Assembly: GCA_965153455.1 (NCBI GenBank)
Contig: OZ234493.1
Coordinates: 2,728,001-2,792,000, forward strand
Direction: 5' to 3'
DNA: 64,000 nt
Source of the DNA: Sphagnum compactum
Taxonomy: Eukaryota
This document shows, piece by piece, positions 1 to 13,306 of this stretch; within the stretch, counting starts at the first letter, position 1; each line of letters starts with the position of its first letter. The notes beneath the pieces are model-generated. The model had not been told where the DNA came from. It did no database searches and saw only the letters and a list, made by a program, of their open reading frames with translations. The position numbers were made by a program, and so were the translations under genes.

Positions 1-480
1 GTTTTTTTGATAGTTGTTAATTTTTTGTCCACTATTTAGGAACCCAAAAATGTCAATGTTGAATTCTTTGAGGCCCATCATACAAATGGGCCTACCATGG
101 CTATGAAGTTAGAAGCAATCCTTGACAAATTGAGTTCACACCAAAGATTATATGGTTTACATCAAGGATGAAGGCTCCAATTTGCAAGTTGTGCAATGAT
201 TTTCAATTCAATTATGTCATGTGGAGACCTCGACATGGTTGAACCATTTGATGGTTATTGTTTCGATCATTCACTATCCAAGATATGTCAATATGCCACT
301 TGTGATGGCAAGGTGTGTTGTAAATTACATTATGCATCAATAAAATCTACCCAAAATGACATCCATAAATGTATCACACGGCTGAATTTGTTTTGGCAAA
401 GTGAAGCAAACATGGGAAAAAACACATGCAAAATTAGGTTTGAGCCTATGCAAATTAAACACCCTAGTGAATACGAGGTG
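1..480 (+). mobile_element. Degenerate hAT-like DNA transposase fragment (catalytic-core region), pseudogenised
   Basis: Translation across frameshifts gives ...KDEGSNLQ...MIFNSIMSCGDLDMVEPFDGYCFDHSLSKICQYATCDGKVCCKLHYASIKSTQNDIHKCIT...KHPS, resembling the DEGSNL / CFGH / KACQYAT / KCITW blocks of plant hAT-like transposases. Frameshifts are present. Confidence 0.7.
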
Positions 481-659
481 CATATTTAAAGTTAAGACCT
501 TAGGTTTTTATGTTTTATGGTTGGAAGTTTAAAGTTTAAATCCTTTTGTTGGATCCCCATACAAGGTAACAATAATCAATAACAACATTTAGAAACGTCA
601 ATAATAGTTTATAATTTAAATCCAGTTCAATGTTTGATTGAAAAGTAGGTGAAAGTGGT

Positions 660-1660
660 TAATTTCCATGGTTGATTTTTTTCAAGGTGGTTCTGATTTT
701 TTTACATGGTTGGTCTTGTGATTTTTTGGGTGGCCTACCATGGGCAAAAATTACGCCTCCATATCCTTGTGAATTTTGTTATTGAAGTTCTTTTCCATGG
801 TTGGTTTTTTTTTTCCTAGAAGTGTTTGTGATTTATTTTGTGGCCAATCTTGTGATTTTTTTGGTGTTTATCATGGGTATAAGGTTCCACCTTCACCCCC
901 TTGTGAATTTTAGTGTCCAAGTTCTTTTCCATGGTTGATTTTTATTTTCCAAAGGTGTGTGGGTGTAAGCAGGATAACATGAGCCACATTTGCCTACTTT
1001 TGTGATTGCTTTTGGGGAAATATTTTTAGAATATTCTTGAAATATTCTTGAAAAAGTCTTCAATTCTTTCTTAAAAATATCTTCATACTATTTTATTAAC
1101 GTTCATGTTCAAAATTTGGTAAAAAATGTCATTTTCAAAAAAATTGAAATCCATTTACAAGTCCTTCTACTATTTAAAAGCAAGCGTTACACTGCTTAAA
1201 AAGTGTTTTTGTTAATTTTTTATTCATTGGATTGATTTCGAATTAATTCACGTGTTCCCATGATATATTAAAAATACAACTATATAAACAAATCTTACAA
1301 TTTCAACATCACATTAAATTATGACTTTAAAACATGAAAAGACCAAGCAAGTGTTACACTTGCTATGGTACGTGTTATTGTGACTGGACCCATGTGAGGC
1401 TTATTTACATGACTAATCTTGTGCATTTTTGGGTGAGCCATGGGTTCAAGGTTGTGCCTCCCCCAGCTTTTTGGATTTTTTTATTTAGGTTCATTTTCAT
1501 GGTTGGTATTTTTCAATCCAAGGGTGTTTATGGATTATTCATATGGTTAATCTTGAGAAATTTTTTGGGTGGCTTGCCATGGGTATAATAGCTTTCACAA
1601 TTTTATGAATTTCTTTTTCCAATTTTTTTTCCATGTTTGATTTTTTTTTCCAAGGATGAT
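660..1660. repeat. Diverged ~130-bp tandem array (about 4-5 units) interrupted by a MITE
   Basis: Unit starts TTCCATGGTTG...CCAAGG...TCTTGTGA..TTTTTGGGTG...CCATGGG recur near 664, 793, 927, 1496 and 1630. The third unit is split by the 961-1391 insertion. Confidence 0.7.
961..1391 (+). mobile_element. MITE-like non-autonomous element, copy 1
   Basis: Imperfect terminal inverted repeats GGGTGTAAGCAGGATAACA ... TGTTATTGTGACTGGACCC. Collinear with 56572-56980 over the whole length. Confidence 0.75.
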
Positions 1661-2399
1661 TTTATATTTTTGTACACCATTGATTTGTGATCCAATATCA
1701 TGTGTTTTTTTCATCTAGCATCAAATGTCAATGACATTTTGAGGTAGTTTCTCCTTATGGTCCATCAAGCTCTTTTCAATTAAATATAATGTGGTGTTTG
1801 GAATCAATTTCAAATTTCACATCAATTGCCTATTTCCACTATATATTTTCTAGGAAAGAAGTTCAATATCCTTCTATCATGGTTTACACATTATGGATTT
1901 GATGTAATTTGAGTTTAATTGAACTTTATGGTGGCTTGTACATGGTTAATTTCAACCGACTTTAGCTTTGTGTGGTTAATTTGAGTTTTGTAATAGGTTG
2001 TACATTGCTGATTAAGTTTTTTGCTTGGTGATTTCAACTCCATTGCGATATGTAACATGCACTAGTAAAAATCAACTAAAATACAACCATTACATTTGCA
2101 ACTACATGCAACTTGTAATGGTTTGCAGTTTGTTTTGAGAATATTTATAATTATAAAATCAAATTCTAATTACTTTGGTCATTTTTGTGATTATGTTGCA
2201 ACTATTGCTAACTTCATCATGTGGGTTGAATGATATGTCCCATTAGTCACAATAGTCACCAAGTTAGTCGCACCCTTAAAAGTATTATATGGTGATTTAG
2301 AAGTATGTATAAAAATTGATTTAGGATATTTTACCCATATAATAAATATATATTTGTCCGTATATTAATTATGTATATGAATGTATAATGTTTGTGTAT

Positions 2400-2680
2400 T
2401 GAATCTCAAAATCAATATTTGAATCTTATTAATTATTATTTGAATTTGAAAATTAATATTTGAGTTTTGAAATTCTTATTTCAATCCCGAAATCAATATT
2501 TCAATTCCAATAATTGTTATTTGAATAAATTTTTTGATATTTGATATCTATTTTTATTTGAATCTGAAAATCAATATTTCAATTCTGAAAATTGTTTTTT
2601 TATTTTGAAAATTTTTATTTTCAATTCAAAAAATTACTATTTGAATTCAAAATTTGGTATTTGAGATCTGAAATTTGTAA
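2400..2680. repeat. Degenerate ~21-bp AT-rich tandem repeat
   Basis: Repeated TTGAAT(C/T)T(C/G)AAAAT(C/T)AATATT-like units. Confidence 0.6.
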
Positions 2681-3825
2681 TATGAACTATAACAAATGAA
2701 TAATGAAAAAATTAATAATGAAAAAATAACTAATCACTAGCTACATTATTAACTTGATAATCATAATTATTATTATTAAATATTTAGTGTAGTAAAAAAA
2801 CTAATTTATGAATATTATATTTAACATTATGGCATGAATTAATATTGAAATATTACTATATATATTGAAATTATTATAATTAGTTAATAGTTATAACGAG
2901 TGAGATAATAATAATAAGAATAATATAACTAGCTAAGCTAGCTACTAACCACACTTATAATAATGGATATAATTAGGAGGTAAAATTGAACTAAATCTTA
3001 CCTAGGTACCTAACTTAACCTAACCTAACATAGTTAATTAATTAATAATTGTTAATTAGTGTATAATTGTTAGTACATGCAACTAGATTACAACCAAAAA
3101 TTTATCCCATATCTTTTGTCTTTCCTTTCAAGTTTGGAAACATAAATAAGTGCACTAGAACATTGAAAATACATTAAAAACATTAAAAATTAAATGTCAT
3201 TTGGGATGAGCCAATCAAATAAGCTTGACCTTTAAGAAACAAATTTGAAATGAAACCTAACCTACTTCCTAACCTAAGCATATTTAATTACGTACCTAAT
3301 GTAGACCTTATTTACCATAGACCTACCTACCTAACATAGGTAAGTAGGGTTTGGTTAAGTAGACAAGTGAATAAGCCAACCTATTAACCTACCTATGTGG
3401 ACTAAGCTTAAGTACCCTAGGCTTCCCTAAACTACCATTAAATTACCACATGTTTCCTTTTAATTTGATCAAAACATTAACCTACAAATTACCCCATTTC
3501 CCCTTTTAATGATGCAACCCTTGGAAATCATTAATGAGATGTAACATCTTGGGTGAGATGGCCTCACCAACATGTAGTATTTTTGGTTAATGCTCAAGGT
3601 TTCTTCCTCAAACATATTATAACAACATTCCTTTAACTTATATTATGATAGCCCAAATCCATTGACCCAAGTGTGAACTGGTTATTCAACAAATTTCTCC
3701 TTTCAAAACCATTTTTGTGTAAGGTGGTGGGTGTTTAATAATTTGGGTATATTATCCAACCATTCAAAAGTCTACAACTTTTGTAATTCATGGTGCAGTT
3801 CATGAGCTAATTTTTTCCCATGGTT

Positions 3826-6800
3826 CACTAGAAGAAATTGTCATTTGCAACTAGCAAACTTGTAATTAAATGCAATTGGTTATCACATGCAATTGCATAA
3901 GGTTATGTGTATATTTAAATTTAAAGTCTAAATGATTTTTAATCACTTTTGCAAGTATAGTGTGATTAATTGTTTTAGCTTTGTCCTTCAAAATGGATGA
4001 TTTTTACACTTGGTTTTGTGCAAATATATTATCATGTATATAAGCAATCATATAATTAACAATAACATTAAGATTTATATATGTGGACACCTTATACATG
4101 TATATAAAATAAGGTATGGATTCCAAAGGTATATGAAAATTCAAAATTCATGTACTAATTTTTTTTTTGGTACCCTATTCATTAATATTCTTTTTTCACA
4201 ATTGAACAAATAAAATTCAAAACATTATTTGAATATATTTTAAATAAATATTATATATAATTATGTATCATTAAAATTTATTTATATTTTTCATGTTTGA
4301 AGTCATTTTTTTAAAATTTTTCTTTTTATAAAGTGTAAATTTGAGGAAATAAACATTAAAATTTAAGGAAATTTTGATAAAATGATCTTAAGCTCCCCAA
4401 AAAAATGGCCCACTCATCCATCTTTTCAACGTCTATTGGGGGCGGGGGGGGGTCAAATTTATGGTTTTCTTGACCAATCGTTTTTTGAATAATATTTTCA
4501 CACTATGGGGAATAGAAAAGAAGGAAATAATTGGATTTTTTGGTAAAATCAAATAAAACTATGAAAAAATTGGGAAAAATGCCATGTGGTCTACGTCTAG
4601 GCCTAACCTAGGTACCACGTGGCATACCCTAGGTCTAAGCCTAGATCAATTAAATGCTATGTGGCTTATGTGGTCAATGTTTAGGTAGTAGGTGCCATGA
4701 GGCCTAACCACATATGCTATTAAACTAGATGAATTAATTAGTAAATATTAAATTATTAAGTTAATAGGGTTTAGGTTTAGGTAGGATAATGAATAATATT
4801 ATTTATTTTTATAATTTAATAACTATAATAATATATTAATTATTATCTATTAGTTAATATTACTTATAATATGTATTTTAACTAGTCGTCTGGTATCTAA
4901 CAACAAGTAGTAATTGATCTAATAGTTAATACACTTGTAAAAAAACTCTTGTTCTTTTTCACCCCCACACATTTTGACTATTATCTAATTTGACTACATT
5001 TCAATTACAATTAATCAACTTAAGTTTGCAAGTCGCTTGTTGCACTAATTTGTGATTGCATTTGCACTTACATTTGGGATAGTCGCATGCTACCAAATGT
5101 GGCATTGATGGGTGGTTAGGATTTAACCATGTGGTAATTTTAAATGCCAATGGCCATAAACACATGGTAAATTTGCATTCGTTCAAGAAAGATATATTAT
5201 AATAACAATATTTAAATATTATCATTACAATATTTAAATATTATAATTATGTAATTATAATCTATCCTAGGCTAAACTATAATAGGCAACCTATTCTAGG
5301 TTAGGCTAGGGTAAAATAAGTTACATAATATAGGCCAAATAGGTAGGTAGGATCCTATTTATTTTGTCGGGGACAAGCCATTTGATTGGTTCATTGCAAA
5401 TGGCACATGCACTATGTTTATAGTGCATACCATGAATGTAGTACATTCTTTCACCTACTTATATACTTTACAAGTTTGAAGTTGTAGACAAAGGATATGA
5501 GATAAATTCTAATGAAAAGGAAACACTACAACATTACAACACTATCACATCCTTTGTCCCATACAAAAACATTATCATATATCCACACAATAAAATATTT
5601 ATTATTTTTCAAAACTAATTACTACCTATCCTATTTACTACCTATTATTTACAAACTAACCTACCATATTAATAAAAACACTATGACATATCCACATAAT
5701 AAAATACTAATTATTTACTTAATTACTTACTACCTACTACCTACCCTATTATTAATCAAATATAATATTACATAGGTTACATACCTAGTATTTATTACCT
5801 AATCTACATTTAATAAATTCATTACCTAACCATTTTAATTTATAATTATTATTTTAAAAATCATATATCCACATAATAGAATATTTACAATTTAACCTAC
5901 CTATTACTTACTATTACCTATCCTACTTATCACATACTACCTAAGCTACATACATACTATCTACTACCTAGCCTACCTAATAAATTAATTGTTTAGCATA
6001 GCTAATTAATTAATCAATTAATACAAAAACACTATGACATATCCACAAAATAAAATACCTATTGCTTAATTTATAACCTACCTACCTATTAAGTCTACTA
6101 ATGCCTATCCCACTTATTATGTATTACTTAGGTTACATGCCTACTATCTACTGCTTAACCTACCTAATAAATTAATTTTCTATCCTACATTTAATAAATT
6201 AATTTCTTAACATAGCTAAGTAATTAATCAATTAATACAAAAACATTATGACATATCCACAAACTAAAATACCTTTTGCTTAACTTATCGAACACCCTAC
6301 TACTTACTAGTACCTATCCTACTTATTACATATTACTTAGTCTATTTGATTAATTGATTAAGTACCTAATCTAATTAATTAATCAATTAATATGAAAACA
6401 TGATCACATATTCACATAGAAATTAATTAACCTACTTATTATCTATCCTACTTACTACCTACTACCCAGTCTATTAATTAATGACCTAGCCTACCACTAC
6501 TTACCTAGCTTACTTAGCCTAACTAGGTCTAACTTTCATAACCTAACGGCCTATTAGTTACACCTAGTAAACAAACCTATTACTACCTATAGATAATTAA
6601 GGCCAATTAATTAAATATGCAAGCTAGGCTAGGCTACCAATGAGGCTTAGTTAGTTTAATGTAAGCTTACCTATTAAGCTTACCTAGTTTAATTTACCAA
6701 TTAGGTTATAATAGCCTTTTCTAGCAACCTATTAACTATCAAATATATCATGGAAAACCCATGGATAATTGTTAACAAGACCCGTGGATGGGTACATTGA

Positions 6801-7189
6801 ATGGATAATAGTCTAATTGAAATAACAAAGTTTGCCATGTGTGGTCTATTTTTTTTATACATGTGATAAAATATATTATTGTAGTTGCAAAACTTTCATT
6901 GTAGGTGCAAAAACAATTATGTTATCATCCATCGATGGATGCAATCAAAATTGGATGACATTGTTCACTTTTCATTTGCATTTTCAATGAAAATCATATT
7001 AATCATAAGTTGTAATCACATCTACATCTAAAATTTGGTTCAACCCTTCTTGTAATTACATATGCGACTACAACAAGTTGCAACTACATGGAGACGTAAG
7101 ATTAACACATTGCTCGTTATAAAATAAGTTAGTTTGGTCACGTAGTAGTAGCAAAAATCTAGTTAAAATGGACAACATTTCTTATAGTG
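3826..7189. mobile_element. Possible non-autonomous CACTA-type element
   Basis: Left end CACTAGAAGAAATTGTCATTTGCAACTAG. The right end reverse-complements to CACTATAAGAAATGTTGTCCATTTTAACTAG. The interior is rich in CCTA/TAGG repeats. No 3-bp TSD is preserved, and another CACTAG start occurs at 2060. Confidence 0.4.
5560..6720. repeat. Low-complexity tandem array rich in CCTA/ACCTAC
   Basis: Anchor AAAAACA(C/T)TAT(G/C)ACATATCCACA recurs near 5566, 5674, 5856, 6025, 6239 and 6394, separated by TACCTAC-rich spacers. Confidence 0.65.
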
Positions 7190-8954
7190 TCATAAGTTGC
7201 ATTTATTAGAATATATTGAAGCACATGTAACTCAATGTTCTACACTTATATTTGAATGGTTTAGTGAGTTTTTTCACATTTTTTAAAATATCAAACTTCG
7301 TTGCATGAGTTGAATCATTCATTTTGAATTTATTGAAACCATTATTCAAATGTTGCATATTGCATTTATTAGTATATATTGAAACACACACAACAATTTA
7401 ATGCCTCACATTTATACTTGAATTTTTTCATGTCTTTTGAATTATCAACATTTGCACATGAATTGAATCATTCACTTTGAATGTGTTAAATTCATTATTC
7501 ATGAATTGCATTTTGCATTCACCATAAGTTTTTGAAACAAATGTATAAAATTAAACAAGTTTCATATTTATATTTGAATGGGTTAGTGATTAGGTCAAAT
7601 GTTCATGCATGTAAAGTCTAGGATGTAAACTTTTAAATTATAATTTTTTCATATATTAAATTCTTATACATTTATGTAAATTAAAGTGTATATTTTTTCC
7701 TAAATGTTTTTAGGCATAATGTGGACTTAGTTTTTATTAGGAATGTTCATGATACAACACCCAAATTCCCCATAAAGAATCCTTAATTTTTTACCATTTG
7801 TTTTCTTGGTATATGAAAAGAAAATTCCATGTTAAAAAAAATGATTACTTTTTGTTTTAAACAATTATTTATTATTTTCTTAGACTATATTATATTTATA
7901 TTTATTATTGTATATTATCATTATTTTCCACTTATTATTATTGTTTAAACATGATTTATTAGTTTTGTAGGGTTTTTTGTTACAATTTTATGTTTAAATA
8001 TTAATTTAGAGTTGATTTTTTCAAAAATAAATTTGATGTTAGAATTTTTTTTTGGTTTAAAGTTGAAAATATTAAATTATTTTTTGGGGGGAGGGGGGTT
8101 AATCCAAACATTTAATGCCAAAATTTCACCAAATTATATTCTTTTACTTCTACAAAAGAAAAAAAATTAAAAATATTTTTACATCATAAATAAATATATA
8201 TGTATTGTGATTTTTTCAAGTTGTGTAATTAATGTATGATTCATGTTGTTAAACAAATATGGTATTGAGAATTAAATGGTTATATTGATTATTTCATTAA
8301 TTTTTCTATTTTGTGGCCAATTTTTGCCAATGTAAAAGGGCAACAACATCAACAAAGGATTTTTTTGAAAGAAAAAACTCAAATTGTGTCAAATTAAAAA
8401 TATATGTCATCAATTTTTTTACAATAACTTATAGTATGTAACCATAATATTGAAGGATTTAAAAACAAGTTTCCAACTCCACAACTTGTTTATAAGCAAA
8501 TGTGGCTAAATATTCTTATGGATGATTGCCATTTTAGTAACATTGCAAAAATAACAAAAAACTTTGTACCTAATCATACTTGGGAAAATAAAAATTTACA
8601 ATTTTTCAAAAAATGGACATATTTTACATAATGAAAATAACGTTGTTAAAGACTTAATGAATGTATTCTTAAATTGAATTCATGATATTGTAAGTCAATT
8701 TAAACGAAAATAAATTTGTAAGTTCATTCATGACATGTTATTTTAAGTTATTTTTAAAGCATTTTACATGTAATATTTATAAACTATAATAATTTTTTTG
8801 AATACATTGTTGAATAAGCTTCAAAATCATGTTTTCATTTGGAACATTTGAATAAATTTTGAAAAAGAAAACGTACATTAAAGTTTGAGTTTTTAAAACA
8901 ATTCCATGGCAAACATAATAAATTTAAACTTTTTTTTCTTTGTTAATAAAATTC

Positions 8955-9020
8955 TGAAATGGTTTAATGGTTAAGGCCTTGGTGTGCCTCCATGAGGTTT
9001 TAGGTTCAAACCTTGATGAA
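8955..9020 (+). other. tRNA-derived sequence (SINE head or tRNA pseudogene) with Pol III A and B boxes
   Basis: A-box-like TGGTTTAATGG at 8960-8970 and B-box GGTTCAAACC at 9003-9012, at tRNA-like spacing. No intact acceptor or anticodon stems. Confidence 0.5.
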
Positions 9021-9879
9021 TGTGTACATCAATGTATTTCATATAAATGCAATAAATGAACATGTACATCATGACAAATGATGTCAAAATTAGAAATTAT
9101 AAAATAAAATCATGGCATGTAATTTTGTCATGGCATCCCATGAAAAATTAGAATTTGTGATTCCATGATCCAAAAGAAAAGTGGAATTTTTTAGTATTAT
9201 AACGTGGCATTTTATTCCACATCATATTAACTTGGGACCTCATATATCCATGTTATAATTTTAAAATTAAAAATTATCGAGTGCAATATATGACTATCTA
9301 AAACAACTAAAAAAAATTTCACTAAAAATGTTTTAATCAACTAATCCTTTTTACCAAAACCATACAAGTTGCATAGGAGTGAATTTTGTTCTATTTCATT
9401 AAAAACCTAATGAATTCGGGTAATGGAAAAGGGCAAGATTTCTTCTTCTGATAGTTAATATGTAATTAGTTATGGATGACAATTGCAAAATAATTTTTTT
9501 TTCTAATGGTTGGATTTATATTTTCTATAAGTATGAATTTTTCAACACTTGAATTTAGATGGCTAGTTGCACGTCCGTGTCTCTACCTTATGCACCTATT
9601 TCTACTAATTGTTTATTTGCTATTGACTATAAGTTTGCTAATTGTGTTTTATTTTTTTAATCTATGCATTGTTTTAGTAGACAATAATTGCACCATGTTA
9701 TAATCAAGAATTGATGGTATTGTAGAGTTGTGTTTTGTGTCCAGAAACCTAGGCTACATGCAATACTACGGTGAAAATACTCTTGCCCATTGTGATTTGG
9801 TTGTGTTAAACAAGAGTTGTAAGGCATTGGCTTGGGGAAGTGTTGAATTTTATCAACACCAAGACCCATGAATTTTATG

Positions 9880-10520
9880 ATGAAGTTGTTAATGTGGTTA
9901 TCCTTGATAACATGGGTGATCTAGAGGCAACTTTTTTTTATTCATAACTAGCAAAACTTACAATCCACATGAAGCACCAAATGCTAAAAGTTTTACAACC
10001 TTTCCCTTCATTTGTGCATGTCTTTCATAAGAAGAGATGTCCCAATATGTTGGCTTTCATGCTAGATCCAAGGTTCAAGAGTTTACAATTGGTGATTAAT
10101 TATGTAGGTCGTGAAGTTGCTTATGCATTGGTTGTTCAAAATGATAAGCAGTTGTTGCTACCATTGCTGATTCAATGTTACAAAATGTTGATTCTTTTGT
10201 ATGTGATGAAGAGGTTCAGGTGTAGCACTTTGATTCTAAGAATGAAGATTCTTCTTAGACCCAAAAAAAATGTAGAAGCACTCGTCCAACTTGTGGCATT
10301 GGAGCTTGACACATTTCAATAGTGCCATGTTCATGTGGATAGCTACAAGTACATGTTATCTCAGTGGCATGTAGAGGAACACAAATTTCCAGCCATGGCT
10401 ATGGAACACAAATTTCCAGCCATGGCTATGTTGGCATAGAAAGTTCTTGGGATTCCCATGAGCCAAATCCAGATGGAGCTAATCTTCTCAATTGATGGAG
10501 TCCTCATTGAACTTTGAAAA
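9880..10520 (+). mobile_element. Degenerate hAT transposase C-terminal part including the dimerisation domain
   Basis: NMLAFMLDPRFKSL, then WHVEEHKFPAMAM..LA*KVLGIPMSQIQMELIFSIDGVL, matching hAT DPRFK and WW..FP..A..L.IP.S...ER.FS motifs. In-frame stops are present. Confidence 0.8.
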
Positions 10521-13306
10521 AATCCAAAGACCACAACACTGGCAAGTACTAAACGTAAATACCTAATACCAATGAAGTGGGCTCCAGTGTCAAACCATGG
10601 TATCTGTCATCAAAGTACCCCACGTGAACTCCGAGTCCCTTCCATCCTGATTCCTTGCCACTTGGTAGGGCCTTGAGGTAGTACTACCCTAGACCTTACC
10701 AGGGTTCCAAACACATTTATTGATCTAATGAACTCAAAAGAAGGTTCCATTATTATCAAATAATCAGGGTAGCACAAGTTTTTGTCACATTTGGATGAAA
10801 GTTGTGAACCAAGTCAAAGGAATTATTAATGGGGGGAACCTGGTTGAAATCAAAACATTTCACAAAGCTCAGTTGGGTTGGACACAGTTGGGTTCTGAAC
10901 AGTAGCAACTGGCAAGCCCCAAACCGTTAGGTCAGTTAATAAGATGTGCACGGCCTATGAAAGGGCAGGTAGCCATGTGGTACAAGTCCCTGGCCTCGTT
11001 GTTGCCTGACCTCAGTAGGATTTTGTTGTTGGCAAAGAGCTTTTGTTGGTTGTTTCAAGTTTCAACCCCTAAAAGCCTCAGACGGTACCCTAAACAAACC
11101 ACCAAACACTACGAAGCCTAAACCCAATCACCCAAAAAAAAATTCGCATGTTTCTTTGTTGCTATTATAGTTCAAAGGTGATTTGTAGAATTGAAGGTGG
11201 CACTCCTATAGCACTTTAAATCCTTTAAAATGAACAAGAAATAGAGCTTTGAAAGTAGGAGAGGTCCAAAGGGAAGAAAAAAAAGAAAAAATGTGTCTTG
11301 TGAGTTGGAAAGCTTATTTTTTCTTCTTGCTATATTTTCATTACTCCTCTTCATTTGCACTTCAAAGATGACTTCTAGAGCTTGAAGTAGCGTGCTCCCA
11401 TAACATTTTAAATCGCTCAAATTGAAGCACAGATGATGAAGATCGAAAGAAGTGATTGGTGATAAGGTCGTGATCGGTGATGAGCAGTTCTATCCTAGCT
11501 TTCCTTGTCTTCTATTCACCCACTATGCAACAGCAATTAATTTGGTCACATGATGGCAAATGGATTTCTATGTTCAGTGTTCACCTCACTATTTCTTGAC
11601 CCCACTTTAGAAGACCATGAGAGTTAATGTGATGATGACCAAGTCAGGATATTTTTGCACTTGCCTAATGGTTTTTGAGGCAAAGTGACTAACATTTGCT
11701 GGTCCCGGTAGCAAGCTCCAGATTGGGAGGTGGGGGAACGAGCAAAACAGTGAGAAATCCACTAGAATAGTGGAATAGTGGGTCACTGGCTCAACATTTT
11801 CCATAACAAACCCAACTATTTGAGAGGGGAAAGTGCAAATGGGTGAGTGGGAGATCATAGAAATGTACCCTTGGATCTGACTGTTTTTAAAGTTATGTAG
11901 GGCCCCAGGCCATGTATTTTGGTCAAATTGTTTTTTGGTTGTTTAATGAGTTTTCAGATGATTTTCTGACCCGGCATGGCCATGTGGTTTCGGGAGACAT
12001 TTTGATCAGACAATTGCACGCTCCAACTGGCGAGTCCAATTGCCTAAATCAAGATTGCATCAATGAGGGTGGTGTGAGGGTGGTGGGATGGTGGGGATTG
12101 CAGGTGGTTAGTATGGGGCTAACTCCGAGAATTCATTTATGACTTGACCTCAAGTCTTTGAGCATTGAGAGCTGCCTGCTGTCAATTGTTTCCAAAGCTC
12201 CTCCCATTCACATTCAGTTTTGTACTTGAAGAATGACATTTTGCTTTGAATTTTATTATAAGTACCTAATTTGGTAATTGTGAGTGCATGTATGAGGTCA
12301 GACTAACAAGGTGAGGTTACCTTATGGATGATTAGACAATAACGCATGGAGGTAGTCTAACTAAATAATGGCTTTCCTCAAAGAAAGTAGGAAACTGTTA
12401 TAAGAGTTTTGAACATGACACATTTTCAGCTACAGTCAGACAACAGACACCCACCTGCAGCAAAAATTTTAAAATAAAAATAAAAAGTAATTAATTATAT
12501 ATATATATAATGGTTGCAGGTTTATGGAGAAAAAAGATTTCTTGCTTTTGAGCCAAAACTTGAGCTCCATCCTATCACTTCTAGTCCTGGGCAAATGCTT
12601 GGTTAATAAAACTACCCTTATTTCCCTTTCATACCCATTCATGATGGAAATTGGAATCATGTGAACTGATTACTTCGTTTTACTTGGACTAGGTACCACA
12701 TTGCACAATTCTTTCAGACAAGGATTGAGATGAACATGAATGCCTGTGGAGCACCATTTCCAAGTATTTATTCATCTTGTTGGACACTGTGTTTGTTAAG
12801 TGTGGCTCAAAGGACATAATACTATTCTCAATAGGTAATAGGCCAGGTTGGGTTATTCTTCTAGAAGGAAGTATGAGGTCCTGTTTCGGTTATAGGAAAT
12901 TAGACTAGTGGTCAAGTGCAGGAGCAAACCAAGAAATTTGAACAGTAGGCTTGTTGTTAGCCAATTTGATTGGGACTTGCCTTTCACCCCAAAAAATATA
13001 TGATTGGATGTATACTATTATACCAACTGTTGTATATAATGAAACTGGTATTAAGAAAGTTCAACCAAGCTTTTATGGATGTTGCATTTTTGAATGTCAT
13101 GTATGATATCAAAATGAAAGGCAGAGACAAGCTTAAGCCCAAGCAATCAATGAAAAATGCATTGAAATTAAAAAATATATGCAAGAAATCCATCATAACA
13201 CAGAATTTAGAACCCAAGAAATGCTCAAAGGCTACAAACTACTAACCAACCATTCTATACTAGGGTAGCTAGGAGGATGGCTCCTTTGGTATAAATATTA
13301 AGCTTA

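Noticed and set aside
11560-12900. GC-richer segment with short ORFs as a gene or retroelement fragment
   Set aside because: No recognisable motif and no consistent exon chain in the frames I read, so it is left unassigned.
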